NCBI GenBank assembly: GCA_965248835.1
Contig: CBDFLJ010000001.1
Location: 864,001 to 928,000, forward strand
Direction of reading: 5' to 3'
DNA length: 64,000 bases
DNA from: Alphaproteobacteria bacterium
GTDB lineage: Bacteria > Pseudomonadota > Alphaproteobacteria > MPNO01
A model generated the notes under the pieces. The model searched no databases. It saw nothing but the letters and a program-made list of their open reading frames with translations, and was not told the DNA's origin. The position numbers and the translations under genes were made by a program. This document shows, in pieces, positions 37,626-48,926 of the stretch. Position 1 is the first letter of the stretch. Each line of letters opens with the position of its first letter.

Positions 37626-37722
37626 ATTTCATCGAATACGTCCCTTCAAGGTGTCCCTCGGGTACGCGCAAGCTTGCGCCCCCGGATTCGTGCGCAGCGC
37701 GGCCTGGAAGGGAGATTAATCC

Positions 37723-38259
37723 ATAGCGAGATTCACATCCTTCGAACCGCCGACCCGCGACGACCGCGGCGTGAACGAGGCGATTCGAGCCGAGGCCGTC
37801 AGGGTCGTCGATACCGACGGCGCGGTGCTCGGGGTCTTCCCCACAGCCGATGCGATCGTGTTGGCAACCGAACGCGGCCTCGACCTGGTCGAGGTTTCCC
37901 CCAACAGCGACCCGCCGGTCTGCAAGTTCCTCGACTACGGCAAGCTCAAATACGAGAACCAGAAAAAGAAATCGGAGGCGCGCAAGAAGCAGCGCACCAT
38001 CGACGTCAAGGAAGTCAAGCTGCGGCCGAGCATCGACCAGCATGATTACGACGTAAAGATGCGCTCGATGCGCCGGTTCCTCGGCGAGGGCGACAAGGTC
38101 AAGGTCACCATGCGGTTCCGCGGCCGCGAGATGGCCCATCAGGACCTCGGGCTCAAGGTCCTGTTCAAGGTCCGTGACGAGCTTGATGAGCTTGCCAAGG
38201 TCGAGCAGCTCCCCAAGATGGAAGGCCGCCAGATGGTCATGGTGGTCTCGCCCAGATAA
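37723..38259 (+). CDS. infC: translation initiation factor IF-3 (probable non-canonical ATA start)
   Basis: LDLVEVSP..PPVCK..DYGK.KY, KEVKLRP, FRGREM; GGAG at 37711, in-frame TAA at 37717, ATA at 37723. Confidence 0.95.
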   Translation: MARFTSFEPPTRDDRGVNEAIRAEAVRVVDTDGAVLGVFPTADAIVLATERGLDLVEVSPNSDPPVCKFLDYGKLKYENQKKKSEARKKQRTIDVKEVKLRPSIDQHDYDVKMRSMRRFLGEGDKVKVTMRFRGREMAHQDLGLKVLFKVRDELDELAKVEQLPKMEGRQMVMVVSPR

Positions 38260-38296
38260 GTCCCGCGCCGCCGTTCGCGCAACGCCGGCGGCGTGC

Positions 38297-38325
38297 TTGC
38301 GCCCGTCCTCAGGGGTCTGTATAAC
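38297..38325 (+). promoter_or_regulatory. sigma70-type promoter for rpmI-rplT
   Basis: TTGCGC-N17-TATAAC upstream of rpmI. Confidence 0.6.
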
Positions 38326-38427
38326 CCGCCGGCCGAACGGAGCCGTCCGGCCGCGTTGACGACATGTCGCAAAACGCAGGGCATGCCGCGGCGGCTCGAA
38401 AATCCACGTCGAGCGGCGGAGGAGAAA

Positions 38428-38625
38428 ATGCCCAAGCTGAAGTCCAAGAGCGGGGCCAAGAAGCGCTTCCGCACCACCGGCAGCGGAAAGGTGCGGTCGA
38501 ACTTCGCCTACAAGCAGCACAACCTGCGCAAGCGCCCGCAGAAGATGAAGCGCAAGGCGCGCGGCACCACGATCATGGCGCCCGAGGACGCCAAGATCGT
38601 CAAATCCTACCTGCCTTACGCGTGA
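38428..38625 (+). CDS. rpmI: 50S ribosomal protein L35
   Basis: [19 protein letters not shown]...LPY; GGAGGAG RBS. Confidence 0.97.
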   Translation: MPKLKSKSGAKKRFRTTGSGKVRSNFAYKQHNLRKRPQKMKRKARGTTIMAPEDAKIVKSYLPYA

Positions 38626-38635
38626 GGGGCGAGCC

Positions 38636-38995
38636 ATGGCACGGGTCAAACGGGGCGTCACCACCCACGCCCGCCACAAGAAGGTCCTCGGCCTCGCCAA
38701 GGGTTATCGCGAGCGCAACCGCACGAGCTTCCGGGTCGCGATCCAGCGGGTCGAGAAGGGCCTGCAATACGCTTACCGCGACCGCCGCAACAGAAAGCGC
38801 ACCTTCCGCGCGCTGTGGATCCAGCGGATCAACGCCGGCGCGCGCGCCCAGGGTCTGACCTATTCCCAGTTCATGAACGGCCTCAAGCGCGCGGGGATCG
38901 ATCTCGACCGCAAGGTGCTCGCCGATCTTGCCGTCCGTGAGCCCGACGCGTTCAAGGCGATCGTCGATCAGGCACAGGCGGCGCTGGCGGAATAG
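38636..38995 (+). CDS. rplT: 50S ribosomal protein L20
   Basis: [36 protein letters not shown]. Confidence 0.98.
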   Translation: MARVKRGVTTHARHKKVLGLAKGYRERNRTSFRVAIQRVEKGLQYAYRDRRNRKRTFRALWIQRINAGARAQGLTYSQFMNGLKRAGIDLDRKVLADLAVREPDAFKAIVDQAQAALAE

Positions 38996-39021
38996 CGGGC
39001 CGGCCGGGCCCGGGTCTTGAC

Positions 39022-40095
39022 ATGGACGACCTCGAAAAGCTTCGCACCGATCTGCTGGCGCGGATCGCGGCGGCGGACCTCGATGCGCTTGAGGCCCTGC
39101 GCGTCGAGGCGCTCGGCCGCAAGGGCCGCATCACCGAGCTGATGAAAGGCCTGGGCAGCCTTGCGGCCGAGGAGCGCAAGGCGGCCGGCCAGGCGCTCAA
39201 CGCGCTCAAGAGCGTCATCGCCGAGGCGATCGATGCCAGGCGCGCCGGGCTGGAAAGCACGACGCTCGGCGCCCGCCTGGCCGAGGAGCGGATCGACATC
39301 ACCCTGCCGGCGCGCCCGGCGCCGGACGGCCGGATCCATCCGATCAGCCAAGCCATCGAAGAGATGGCGGCGATCTTCTGCCAGATGGGCTTCGCGGTGG
39401 CCGAGGGGCCGGACATCGAGGACGATTTCCACAACTTCACCGCGCTGAACATCCCGCCCGAGCACCCCGCGCGCCAGGACCATGACACGTTCTACCTGCC
39501 CGAGCGCGCGGACGGCACCCGCGCGCTGCTGCGCACCCACACCTCGCCGGTGCAGATCCGCGCCATGCGCAGCGGCGCGGCGCCGTTCAGGATCATCGTG
39601 CCCGGGCGCACCTACCGGGCCGATCACGACGCCACCCACTCGCCGATGTTCCACCAGATCGAAGGGCTGGTCATCGACGAGACCACCCATATGGGCCATC
39701 TCAAGGGCTGCCTGATCGAGTTCTGCCGCGCCTTTTTCGGGCTCGACGACCTGCCGGTGCGGTTCCGACCGAGCTTCTTTCCGTTCACCGAGCCCTCCGC
39801 GGAGGTCGATATCGGCTGTGCGCGCTCGGCCGACGGGCTGAGAATCGGCGCGGGCGGCGATTGGCTGGAGATCCTGGGCTGCGGCATGGTCCATCCGAAG
39901 GTGCTCGAGAATTGCGGCATCGATGCCGGCCGCTACCAGGGCTTCGCCTTCGGGTTGGGGGTCGAGCGGGTGGCGATGCTCAAATACGGCATCCCGGATC
40001 TCAGGACGTTCTACGAGTCCGACCTCAGGTGGCTGCGCCATTACGGGTTCGCGGCACTCGACGTGCCGACCATGACTGCCGGAGTGGGCGCGTGA
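39022..40095 (+). CDS. pheS: phenylalanine--tRNA ligase alpha subunit
   Basis: [47 protein letters not shown]. Confidence 0.98.
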   Translation: MDDLEKLRTDLLARIAAADLDALEALRVEALGRKGRITELMKGLGSLAAEERKAAGQALNALKSVIAEAIDARRAGLESTTLGARLAEERIDITLPARPAPDGRIHPISQAIEEMAAIFCQMGFAVAEGPDIEDDFHNFTALNIPPEHPARQDHDTFYLPERADGTRALLRTHTSPVQIRAMRSGAAPFRIIVPGRTYRADHDATHSPMFHQIEGLVIDETTHMGHLKGCLIEFCRAFFGLDDLPVRFRPSFFPFTEPSAEVDIGCARSADGLRIGAGGDWLEILGCGMVHPKVLENCGIDAGRYQGFAFGLGVERVAMLKYGIPDLRTFYESDLRWLRHYGFAALDVPTMTAGVGA

Positions 40096-42497
40096 AGTTC
40101 ACCCTGTCCTGGCTGCTCTTGCATCTCGACACCGCCGCCGCACCAGCCGAGATCGGCGAGAGACTGACCACCATCGGACTGGAGGTCGAGAACATCGAGG
40201 ACCGCGGCAGGGCGCTGGCCGATTTCGTCGTCGGCGACATCGTCCAGGCCAGGCGGCATCCCAATGCCGACCGCCTGCTTGTGTGCACCGTCGACATCGG
40301 CGGCGGCGAGCGGTTCGAAGTGGTCTGCGGCGCCCCCAACGCTCGCGCGGGCATGAAGGGCATCTTCGCGCGCGCGGGCAGCTACATCCCGGGCTCGGGC
40401 ATCACGCTCAAAAAGACCAGGATCCGCGGCGTGGAAAGCAGCGGCATGCTGTGCTCGGAGCGCGAGCTCGGCCTGTCCGAGGAGCACGAAGGGATCATCG
40501 ACCTGGACGGCGGCTTCGCCGCGGGAACCCCCGCCCCGGCCGCGCTCGGCCTGACCGATCCGATCTTCGAGATCGCGCTGACCCCGAACCGGGCCGACTG
40601 CGCGGGCGTGCGCGGCATCGCCCGCGACCTCGCCGCGTCGGGACTCGGCAGCCTCAAGCCGCTGGACCTGTCGCCGGTCGCCGGGACTTTTGCAAGTCCG
40701 GTCGCCTGGAAGCGGGATCTCCCGGCCGGCGCCGAGGATGCCTGCCCAATGGTGGTCGGGCGCACGTTCCGCGGCGTAACCAACGGGCCGAGCCCGCCGT
40801 GGCTGCAGGACCGGCTGAGCGCGATCGGGCTGCGCCCGATCTCCGCCCTGGTCGACATCACCAACTACGTCACCTTCGACCTCGCCCGGCCACTCCACGT
40901 CTTCGATGTGGACCGCATCCAGGGCGACCTGACGATGCGTCTGGCCCGCCCCGGCGAGGCGATCGCGGCGCTGGACGGGCGTGACTATGCGCTCGAGGAC
41001 GGCATGACGGTGATTGCCGACGAGGCCGGCGTGCTCGCGATCGGCGGCATCATGGGCGGCGAGAAGTCGGGCTGCAGCGAGGCGACGACCAACGTCTTCC
41101 TCGAGGTCGCGCTGTTCGATCCGGTGCGCACGGCGATGACCGGGCGCAAGCTCGGCATCATGTCCGATGCCCGCTACCGCTTCGAGCGCGGCGTTGATCC
41201 AACCTCGGCGCTTTGGGGGGCCGAGGTTGCCGCCAGGCTGATCCTGCAAATCTGCGGCGGCGAGGCAAGCGCGTTGAGCATCGCCGGCGAAGAGCCCCGC
41301 TGGCAACGCAGCCTCGACCTGCGCAGCGCCCGCATTGCCTCGCTCGGCGGGCTTGCGCTGGCCGACGGCGAGCCCGGCCGCATCCTCGGCAGGCTCGGCT
41401 TCGAGGTCGAGGACAAGGGCGAGATGCTGAGTGTGGCGGTCCCGCCCTGGCGAGCCGATGTCGAGGGCGACGCCGACCTGGTGGAGGAGGTCCTGCGCAT
41501 CCACGGCTACGACGCCATCCCGGCAACCCCGCTGCGAGCCGAGACCGCGGTGCCGGCGCCGGCCTGGTCGGGCGCCCAGGCCCGGCGCGCCCGCGCGCGC
41601 CGCGCGCTTGCCGCCAACGGCCTGATCGAGGCGCTGACCTTCTCCTTCATGCCCGCCGGCCGTGCGGCTTCCTTCGGGGCGCCGGATCCGGACCTGGTGC
41701 TGGCCAACCCGATCAGCGCCGATCTCGACAGGATGCGCCCCTCGATCCTGCCCAACCTGCTCCAGGCGGCCGAGCGCAACACCGCGCGCGGCCTGCCCGA
41801 CATTGCATTGTTCGAGATCGGCCCGCAGTTCGAGCCGGGAACCGGCGGCGGCCAGTCGCTGGTCGCCGCAGGCATCCGGGTCGGCGAGGCCGGCGCGCGC
41901 CACTGGTCGGAGCGCGCACGGGCGGTCGATGCCTATGACGCCAAGGCCGACGCGCTCGCCGCGCTCGGCGCGGCGGGCGCGCCGGTCGGCAGCCTGCGGA
42001 TCGAAAGCGCGGCGCCGTCGTGGTATCACCCGGGCCGATCCGGCGCGCTGATGCTGGGGCCCAAGCCGCTCGCTTGGTTCGGGGAGATCCATCCCGGCGT
42101 CCTCGCCGGCCTCGATCTGCGCGGCCGCGCAGTCGCTTTCGAGGTCATGCTCGATGCGGTGCCGCCGCCCAAGGCGGCGAAAGCGGCCGCTCGGCCGATG
42201 CTGCACATGGCGGCACTCCAGCCGGTGGTGCGCGATTTCGCCTTCGTGGTCGATGAGGATACCCAAGCCGCTTCGGTGCTGCGGGCGGCGCGCGGCGCGG
42301 AGAAGACGCTGGTCAGCGATGTCGCGCTGTTCGACGTCTATCGCGGGCCGGAGCTCGGCGATGCCAAGAAATCGCTGGCGCTGGCGGTGACTCTGCAGCC
42401 GCGCGAGGCGACATTGACCGATGCCGAGATCGAGGCAGTGGCCGGTCGCATCGTCGCCGCGGTGTCCAAGGCGACCGGCGCGGTCCTGCGCGGGTGA
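40092..42497 (+). CDS. pheT: phenylalanine--tRNA ligase beta subunit
   Basis: KFTLSWL, HPNADRL, VVCGAPN, TPNRADC, RFERGVD, RDFAFVV, FDVYRG. Confidence 0.97.
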   Translation: MKFTLSWLLLHLDTAAAPAEIGERLTTIGLEVENIEDRGRALADFVVGDIVQARRHPNADRLLVCTVDIGGGERFEVVCGAPNARAGMKGIFARAGSYIPGSGITLKKTRIRGVESSGMLCSERELGLSEEHEGIIDLDGGFAAGTPAPAALGLTDPIFEIALTPNRADCAGVRGIARDLAASGLGSLKPLDLSPVAGTFASPVAWKRDLPAGAEDACPMVVGRTFRGVTNGPSPPWLQDRLSAIGLRPISALVDITNYVTFDLARPLHVFDVDRIQGDLTMRLARPGEAIAALDGRDYALEDGMTVIADEAGVLAIGGIMGGEKSGCSEATTNVFLEVALFDPVRTAMTGRKLGIMSDARYRFERGVDPTSALWGAEVAARLILQICGGEASALSIAGEEPRWQRSLDLRSARIASLGGLALADGEPGRILGRLGFEVEDKGEMLSVAVPPWRADVEGDADLVEEVLRIHGYDAIPATPLRAETAVPAPAWSGAQARRARARRALAANGLIEALTFSFMPAGRAASFGAPDPDLVLANPISADLDRMRPSILPNLLQAAERNTARGLPDIALFEIGPQFEPGTGGGQSLVAAGIRVGEAGARHWSERARAVDAYDAKADALAALGAAGAPVGSLRIESAAPSWYHPGRSGALMLGPKPLAWFGEIHPGVLAGLDLRGRAVAFEVMLDAVPPPKAAKAAARPMLHMAALQPVVRDFAFVVDEDTQAASVLRAARGAEKTLVSDVALFDVYRGPELGDAKKSLALAVTLQPREATLTDAEIEAVAGRIVAAVSKATGAVLRG

Positions 42498-42510
42498 GAC
42501 GGAAGCTGCG

Positions 42511-44313
<1,803 letters not shown>

Positions 44314-44323
44314 CCCGGGCGGC

Positions 44324-44644
44324 TCAGCGCAGCCGGTCCAACCACTGGTTGGACTCCGTGCGGCCGCGGAACAGCCAGACCAGCACCGCGCCGGGGACGG
44401 CCAGCACCAGCCAGGCCGGGGCCAGCAGGAGGGGCAGCACCACCTGCTCCCACAGCCACGGCGCGACATAGCGCTGGATGACGGCCTGGATCAGGTTGAG
44501 GCTGCCGCGATCGATCGCCGCCCACAACTCGCCGAAGGCGAAGCTGCGATAGCCGCCCGACTGGAGCCACGAGAACCCTTCGTGCCCCGCCGCCCCGACC
44601 GCGATCACGACCAGGACCCAACCGATGATGCGCCCGATCGTCAT
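44324..44644 (-). CDS. small hypothetical membrane protein
   Basis: Two hydrophobic segments, GELW...SLNLIQA.IQRY..PWLW, GGGAG RBS. Confidence 0.7.
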   Translation of the reverse strand: MTIGRIIGWVLVVIAVGAAGHEGFSWLQSGGYRSFAFGELWAAIDRGSLNLIQAVIQRYVAPWLWEQVVLPLLLAPAWLVLAVPGAVLVWLFRGRTESNQWLDRLR

Positions 44645-44757
44645 CGCTGGTCTCCCATGGCCGTCTCATGGCTCAAAAACGCCCGCGACGCCAGTGTTTT
44701 GAACGCGACCCGCCGCGATTCCCCGCACACGGCATTTGCGCTAATGTCCGGCGCACC

Positions 44758-44847
44758 GGAGGGGTGGCCGAGCGGTTGAAGGCGCACGCTTGGAAAGCGT
44801 GTATACCGGAAACGGTATCGTGGGTTCGAATCCCACTCCCTCCGCCA
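44758..44847 (+). tRNA. tRNA-Ser (anticodon GGA)
   Basis: Acceptor stem GGAGGGG/TCCCTCC, anticodon arm CACGC-TTGGAAA-GCGTG, long variable arm ATACCG-GAAA-CGGTAT, GTTCGAATCC, encoded CCA. Confidence 0.97.
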
Positions 44848-44923
44848 CCAGGTCCTCGAATCCAAGGCGCCTTCGGATTTCCGGGCTGGCGTGGCTTCAA
44901 ACCGGAGGGAGTGGGACGCCGCG

Positions 44924-45922
44924 ATGCGATTCGGTATGACGACCATGGCCAAGGAGCCGCCGGAGCGGTTCCGGAGGCTCGTGGAGGTGGCCGAGACGGG
45001 CGGGTGCGACTACCTGTGGGTGTGCGATTCGTCGCTGCACGCACGCGACGTCTACAGCTACCTGACCCTGGCCGCGACCTGGTCGCAGCGGCTGAAGATC
45101 GGTCCCAACTGCACCCACCCCTATACCCGCCACCCGGCAATCAACCTCAATGCCATGGCGACGATCCACGAGCTGTCCCAAGGGCGCGGCATCATCGCGG
45201 TCGCGACCGGCGACCGGCCGGTGATGGAGCTGGGCTATGAAATGGCCCGCCTCGCGGTGGTCCGCGAGATGATCGACGTCATCCGCGCCTTGCAGGGCGA
45301 TGGCCCGGTCAGCCGCGTCGGGCCGGGCTTTACGCTCCAGGATGCCAAGCTCTCGTTTGCGATGCCGGCGCCGCTGCCGGTCTATCTCGCAGCCTCCGGC
45401 CCGCGGATGCTGCGCATGGGAGGCGAGATCGCCGACGGCGTCCTGTTCCTCGCCGGTGTCCAGGAGGATTGCGTCCGCTATGCGATCGCGCGCATTGCCG
45501 AGGGCGCGGCGTCGAGCGGGCGCGAAACAGCGGCAATCGACGTCGGCTGCACGGTCTACGGCTCGCTGCAGGACGACGATGCGGCCGCGCGCGACCTGTG
45601 CCGGCCGATGGCTGCCTGGTTCCCGCAGACCTCCCGGCAATATGCCGAGATCGCCGGCGTCCCGAAGCGCACCATCGAGAACATCCGGGCGGCGTATTCG
45701 GGAGGGCATTTCGACGAGGCGCGCCAGGCGCTTTCCTTCGTCACCGATGAGATGATCGATGCGTTCACCGTCGCCGGTCCGCCGGAGGTCTGGATCGAGC
45801 GCTTGAGCCGCATCGCGGCGCTGGGCGTCGAGCACATCAATATCTTCCTGCTCGGCCCCGACCGGGCGCTGATGGCCGAACGGCTGGTCGAGGAGGTCTT
45901 TCCCAAAGTGGGGAGCCCCTGA
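44924..45922 (+). CDS. luciferase-like (LLM) oxidoreductase, Mer/F420-like subgroup
   Basis: WVCDSSL..RD.Y, THPYTRHPA, ELSQGR, VYLAASGPRML..GEIADG. Confidence 0.87.
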   Translation: MRFGMTTMAKEPPERFRRLVEVAETGGCDYLWVCDSSLHARDVYSYLTLAATWSQRLKIGPNCTHPYTRHPAINLNAMATIHELSQGRGIIAVATGDRPVMELGYEMARLAVVREMIDVIRALQGDGPVSRVGPGFTLQDAKLSFAMPAPLPVYLAASGPRMLRMGGEIADGVLFLAGVQEDCVRYAIARIAEGAASSGRETAAIDVGCTVYGSLQDDDAAARDLCRPMAAWFPQTSRQYAEIAGVPKRTIENIRAAYSGGHFDEARQALSFVTDEMIDAFTVAGPPEVWIERLSRIAALGVEHINIFLLGPDRALMAERLVEEVFPKVGSP

Positions 45923-45923
45923 G

Positions 45924-46721
45924 ATGCCCAAGGTCGCGATCAACGGCGTCGGGCTCAACTACGAGGACTCCGGCGCGGGCGAGCCGCTTCTGCTGCTGAT
46001 GGGCTTCGGCGACGGCATCGCGGCCTGGTCGGCCCAAATCCCGGCCTTTGCCGCGCGCCACCGCACGATCGCACTCGACCACCGCGGCACCGGCGATTCG
46101 GACAGCCCCGAGGACGGCTACACGATCGAACAGTTCGCCGATGACGCGATCGGCCTGCTCGACCATCTCGGCGTCGCGCGCGCCCATGTGCTCGGCTACT
46201 CGATGGGCGGGCGGGTCGCCCAGGACATGGCGGCGCGCCACGCCAGCCGGGTCGGCGCGATCGTGCTTGCGGCATCGGCCGCCAAGGCCAACCCGCTCAA
46301 TGTCTACAGCCTCAGGGCCGGCGCCTATCTCTACCGCCGCTTCGGGCCGGAGGCCGCTGCCGCCTTCGGTCCTCTGATCTCGTTTACCCATCGCTATTTC
46401 GAGGACCACCTCGGGACGCTTAGCGACGGGCTCGGCGCGCCTTCCGCCCATCCGATGGCACTGCACGCCTATGAAGGCCATGTGCGGGCGATCGAGCAGC
46501 ACGACTCCACGCCGATGCTGGAGCGGATCACCGCGCCCGCGCTGATCCTGATGGGCGATCAGGAGTGGCTGAACCCGGCCGCCGATGCCGAGATCATGCT
46601 GGCCGGCATCGCCGATTCCAGGCTCCATGTGCTGGAGGGCGGCGGCCACGGCTTGCTGTGGGAGATCCCCGATTCCTTCAACCGCGCGGTGCTGGCGTTC
46701 CTCGCGGCGAATCCGCTGTGA
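45924..46721 (+). CDS. alpha/beta hydrolase (PcaD/RutD-like)
   Basis: DHRGTGDS, GYSMGG nucleophile elbow, GGGHG...E.P..FN. Confidence 0.9.
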   Translation: MPKVAINGVGLNYEDSGAGEPLLLLMGFGDGIAAWSAQIPAFAARHRTIALDHRGTGDSDSPEDGYTIEQFADDAIGLLDHLGVARAHVLGYSMGGRVAQDMAARHASRVGAIVLAASAAKANPLNVYSLRAGAYLYRRFGPEAAAAFGPLISFTHRYFEDHLGTLSDGLGAPSAHPMALHAYEGHVRAIEQHDSTPMLERITAPALILMGDQEWLNPAADAEIMLAGIADSRLHVLEGGGHGLLWEIPDSFNRAVLAFLAANPL

Positions 46722-47877
46722 CCGCCCGGACGACCAGAAACCAGGAAATCACGCCGCCCGTCATCATCGCCGCCCCGCCGATCAGGAAGATCGGGGTGTA
46801 GCTTTCCACCGCCTCGAACAGAGCGACATAGGCATAGCCGCCGATCGCCTGGGCGATGCCGGCGAACAGCGCCATCCGGCGCGAGATCGCGGCCATGTGC
46901 TCCGGGCCGACGAGTTGGTGGGTGCGCCCGCCCATGATCGCGGTCAGTCCGGGCTGGGCGCCGACCACCAGCGAAGAGGCGACCAGCGCCCAGACCGCGG
47001 TCTCCAGCACCGGCAGCGCGACCCCGGCGGCGACCGCGGTGAAGGACAATATCAGCCCGACGCGAAAACCGATCCGGTCGGCGAGCCGGCCCCACAGATA
47101 GGTCCCGGAGATCGCGCCCAGCCCGAACAGGGTCCATTGCAGCCCGCCGAATTCCTTTTCATGAGCGAGCCCGCGGACCAGGTAGTCGACCCAGAAGAGC
47201 GCGTGGGGGATGAGCCCCAGGGTGAAGGCCATTCGCGCGGCCACCAGCCCGGTGACCGTCCAGGACCAGCGCAGCGGCGCCAAGGCACCGGGGCCGGGCG
47301 GGCCGGCGCCCTGTCCACCGTCGAGCGGACGCCATCCCCAGAAGGCAATCGCCGCGCCCGCCGCACCGATCAGCGCGAGCCCCGTCCAGGTCGCGGCAAG
47401 GCCGAAATCCAGCATGGGCGGCACCACGATGCCGGTCAGGAGAATGGCGACGCCCACGCCGGTGAACATGATGCCGGTCGCGGCCCCCAGCCGGCCGGGC
47501 GGGGCGTGGCGGGTCACCACCGTAAGGCAGTGGATCATCATCACCGAGACCGCGGCACCGACCAGAAAGCGCCAGAAGGCGAGCCACAGGAAACCCCAGG
47601 GCGCGATGCTGGCCACCACGCAGGCGAGGGCTATCACCAGCATGAGCCGCAAGGTCGCAGCCTCGCCCAGCCAGCGGCTCAGCCGCAGCGCAACCAGGGC
47701 GCCGATCAGAAAGCCGAGAAGATTGCCGGCCCCGACATAGCCCGCATCCGGCGCGCTGAGCGAGCCGGCCTGCACCAGGGCCGGGATCATCGGCGTGTAG
47801 GAGAACCGGCCGATCCCCATCCCCAGGAACAGCGTCGCGCCCGCGCCGATCGAAAGCCGCAGCCAGGCTGGGATCAT
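46678..47877 (-). CDS. YbfB/YjiJ family MFS transporter
   Basis: GMGIGRFSYTPMIP, N..GFL.GA, FWVDYL.RGL, G.LADRIG. Confidence 0.88.
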   Translation of the reverse strand: MIPAWLRLSIGAGATLFLGMGIGRFSYTPMIPALVQAGSLSAPDAGYVGAGNLLGFLIGALVALRLSRWLGEAATLRLMLVIALACVVASIAPWGFLWLAFWRFLVGAAVSVMMIHCLTVVTRHAPPGRLGAATGIMFTGVGVAILLTGIVVPPMLDFGLAATWTGLALIGAAGAAIAFWGWRPLDGGQGAGPPGPGALAPLRWSWTVTGLVAARMAFTLGLIPHALFWVDYLVRGLAHEKEFGGLQWTLFGLGAISGTYLWGRLADRIGFRVGLILSFTAVAAGVALPVLETAVWALVASSLVVGAQPGLTAIMGGRTHQLVGPEHMAAISRRMALFAGIAQAIGGYAYVALFEAVESYTPIFLIGGAAMMTGGVISWFLVVRAVTADSPRGTPAPRG

Positions 47878-47886
47878 CGGCGTGGC

Positions 47887-48921
47887 TCAGGCCTCCGCGA
47901 TGGCCTGAAGATGGTCCGCAAGCACGCGGTCCAATGCCGATGGCGGCTCCCGGCCCAGCCCGCAATAGGCAGCCACGCCGAAGTCGGGCAAGACCTTGCG
48001 CGCGGCGGCCAGTCGTTCGGCGTAGCGCGCCATGTTGTGGATCAGCCCGAGATAGATGCGCGCACCGCAAGGCTCCAGCCGGGCGAGCGCGGCGTAGTAG
48101 GCATTATCGGTCCGGTCGAGCGTCGGGATATGCAGCCAGTCGACCCGGCGGCCGGATCCAGCGGCGAACGCGTTGGCCATCCGTACCGCACCGTCCAGAT
48201 CTTCGGGTGCAAAGCGCGGCCAGCCGCCCAGCGTGCCGAAGCACAAATGGTAGCCCAGCCCTGCGGCGGCCGGGACCAGCCGGCTCAACCGGGCAAGCGG
48301 GGCGAGGTTGCGCGCTATTGCGCCGTCGTCCCCCGAATAGGCCTCTTGCATCTCGGTCGCGCAATCCCACTGGATCGCGAGGTCGTCCGCCGGGATGCGG
48401 TCGAGGATGGTGGCGATCTCCTCGGCCATCGCGGCCTCGAAGCCCGCCCGGACGACCGGCACATCGTCGGGGTCGGGAAATATCCGCGGCGGCACCGCGC
48501 TGTTGACCGAGGGAAGCGAGACCTGGAAACGCAGGTGGGGCGCCAGCGTGCCCGCATCGCGCAGGGTCCGGAAGATGAAATAGGCATTGACCGCGTCGCG
48601 GGCATAGCCCAGCCGCCATCCCGCATGCCCGAAGCGGATCGCCTTGACCCCGTCCCGCACCTTGAACCGCCAGCTATCGCCGGCATCGCGCGGGTTGAGG
48701 CGCTCCACCCCGTCCTCCAGCGCCGGTTGGTCGATGACCTCGATGTCGGGATGGAGCGCGAGCACCTGGTAATGCACCTTGCTGATCCAATGCGCGCGCG
48801 GCCCGACCTCGCCGTCGGGGACCGCCGCGAGATGGTTTCCCAGCGTGGCGCCAAAGCGGGAAAAAACCTCTTCGGCCGTTTCCGCCGGCAGGCTGCCGAC
48901 CAGGAGCAGGTCGTCCTTCAC
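47887..48921 (-). CDS. MetE/URO-D-fold methionine synthase-like protein (paralogue of 11839-12891)
   Basis: LLVGSLP, VPDGEVG.R..W, QWD..E, GYHLCFG, WLHIP, IYLGLIH, YCGLGR; GTG start 5 bp after the amidohydrolase stop. Confidence 0.78.
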   Translation of the reverse strand: MKDDLLLVGSLPAETAEEVFSRFGATLGNHLAAVPDGEVGPRAHWISKVHYQVLALHPDIEVIDQPALEDGVERLNPRDAGDSWRFKVRDGVKAIRFGHAGWRLGYARDAVNAYFIFRTLRDAGTLAPHLRFQVSLPSVNSAVPPRIFPDPDDVPVVRAGFEAAMAEEIATILDRIPADDLAIQWDCATEMQEAYSGDDGAIARNLAPLARLSRLVPAAAGLGYHLCFGTLGGWPRFAPEDLDGAVRMANAFAAGSGRRVDWLHIPTLDRTDNAYYAALARLEPCGARIYLGLIHNMARYAERLAAARKVLPDFGVAAYCGLGREPPSALDRVLADHLQAIAEA

Positions 48922-48926
48922 GGCGC

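Noticed and set aside
44758-44847. tRNA-anchored genomic island
   Set aside because: No integrase and no duplicate of the tRNA 3' end found by eye in the window.
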